IMG/VR virus record: IMGVR_UViG_2734482558_000010
DNA from: a virus
Lineage: Duplodnaviria; Heunggongvirae; Uroviricota; Caudoviricetes
Reading direction: 5' to 3' (one strand)
DNA length: 6,061 bases
Made by a program: the position numbers and the translations under genes. Below, piece after piece: positions 5,402 through 6,061 of the stretch. The notes under the pieces are model-generated. The model saw nothing but the letters and a program-made list of their open reading frames with translations. It was not told where the DNA came from and searched no databases. The first letter of the stretch is position 1. Each line of letters begins with the position of its first letter.

Positions 5402-5441
5402 GGGGTTCAAGTCCCCGATGGCGGTCCATTATCTGCATCAT

Positions 5442-5518
5442 GCGTTGTTAGCTCAGCCGGACAGAGCAATTGCCTTCTAAGCAATCGGTCACTGGTTCGA
5501 ATCCAGTACAACGCGCCA
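5442..5518 (+). tRNA. argO: tRNA-Arg (anticodon UCU), second copy (argO-like), 77 nt with encoded CCA
   Basis: Identical to the 4411-4487 tRNA except A for G at the acceptor 3' strand, which makes the acceptor stem fully Watson-Crick (GCGTTGT/ACAACGC). Confidence 0.85.
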
Positions 5519-5532
5519 CACTTATTTTCCCT

Positions 5533-5558
5533 GGCTCGCTTTTGCGGGCCTTTTTTTT
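5533..5558 (+). terminator. Strong Rho-independent terminator downstream of the second tRNA-Arg
   Basis: Stem GGCTCGC (5533-5539), loop TTTT, stem GCGGGCC (5544-5550), followed by eight T's (5551-5558). Confidence 0.7.
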
Positions 5559-5962
5559 AAATGTCTCACAATTCAGACGGTTGACAGTTGTCTGTTTTGC
5601 GGGGAGTTTGTTAAAAGAAACTGGCATGGTGAATCCCCCTGTGCGGAGGGGCAATCAGCGAGTAGGTATATGGGATAATCGCGGATTCAGGTGCTGGTAC
5701 TGAATTCACCGGGAGGCACCCGGCATCATGCAATGGCACATAGCGCCACTCTCCAGCCCTCTCCGGAGGGGCTTTTCTGTGCCGGATACATCACAGTTTC
5801 TGGAACCTTAGGTACTACAGTATCAGTCAGGGTGCTATATTTTCAGATGTGATGAAAGCCTGTCAGCAGGCAGGGCGTATCGGAAATGACCCAGTAGAGA
5901 AAACGTTGACTCAGATACCGGTGCTGAGTTACCGGGAAACCGGCATCACATGACCGCTATCC

Positions 5963-6061
5963 TGAGGTGTACTGGCAATAGCGGACACTACCATTTGTTC
6001 TTTTTTTAAGCAGCCATCTGATGATATTTTTCCCTGAAGGCTGCCGGGGAGATATTCCCCA
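5963..6061. repeat. Right copy of the 99-bp terminal inverted repeat; carries an inward-pointing truncated copy of the 68-298 ORF start
   Basis: Minus-strand translation from the ATG at 5992-5994 gives MVVSAIASTP, then diverges (QDSGHVMPVSR) and stops after about 21 codons. Confidence 0.9.

Noticed and set aside
5126-5441. Track ORFs composed almost entirely of X residues
   Set aside because: Produced by translating the run of N at 5133-5401; not real proteins.
5448-5703. ORFs 5448-5654 (minus) and 5470-5703 (plus)
   Set aside because: Both overlap the tRNA-Arg gene and terminator hairpin; no ribosome-binding sites and implausible composition.
4488-5962. Shiga-toxin (stxAB) operon expected downstream of an ileZ-argN-argO-like tRNA island
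   Set aside because: No ORF resembling StxA (about 315 aa with signal peptide) or StxB (about 89 aa) on either strand; the slot holds ORF117 and non-coding sequence instead.
1-6061. Invertible DNA switch defined by the 99-bp terminal inverted repeats
   Set aside because: No recombinase (invertase or integrase) is encoded in the window, and a 5.9-kb segment carrying a whole operon is unlike known invertible promoters or shufflons. Assembly overlap or inter-prophage recombination is more likely, though inversion is not excluded.

Overview
This window reads as the early-to-late regulatory junction of a lambdoid (Qin-like) prophage of an enterobacterium, all on the + strand. From left to right: a nin-like block of small ORFs (76, 55, 114 and 27 aa); a self-contained hok/mok/sok-type type I toxin-antitoxin locus whose toxin matches HokD/RelF from memory; a small ORF; a translationally coupled three-gene block (DUF968/YdfU-like protein with an HNH-like C-terminus, RusA Holliday-junction resolvase, and a 284-aa Cys-rich Q-like antiterminator); a lambda-pR'-like late promoter with a pause element and a tR'-like terminator; and a tRNA island (tRNA-Ile2 CAU, a degenerate tRNA-like sequence, tRNA-Arg UCU). 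A rare-codon-rich 108-117 aa ORF of unknown function and a 28-aa hydrophobic ORF then sit between two direct copies of the tRNA-Arg unit, next to a 269-nt run of N. No Shiga toxin, CRISPR array, integrase or transposase is visible. The first and last 99 bp of the window are perfect inverted copies of each other. The most promising candidate for something undescribed is the cargo between the duplicated tRNA-Arg genes, but its function cannot be assigned from sequence alone. All calls are from reading the sequence and from recalled family knowledge; no searches were run.
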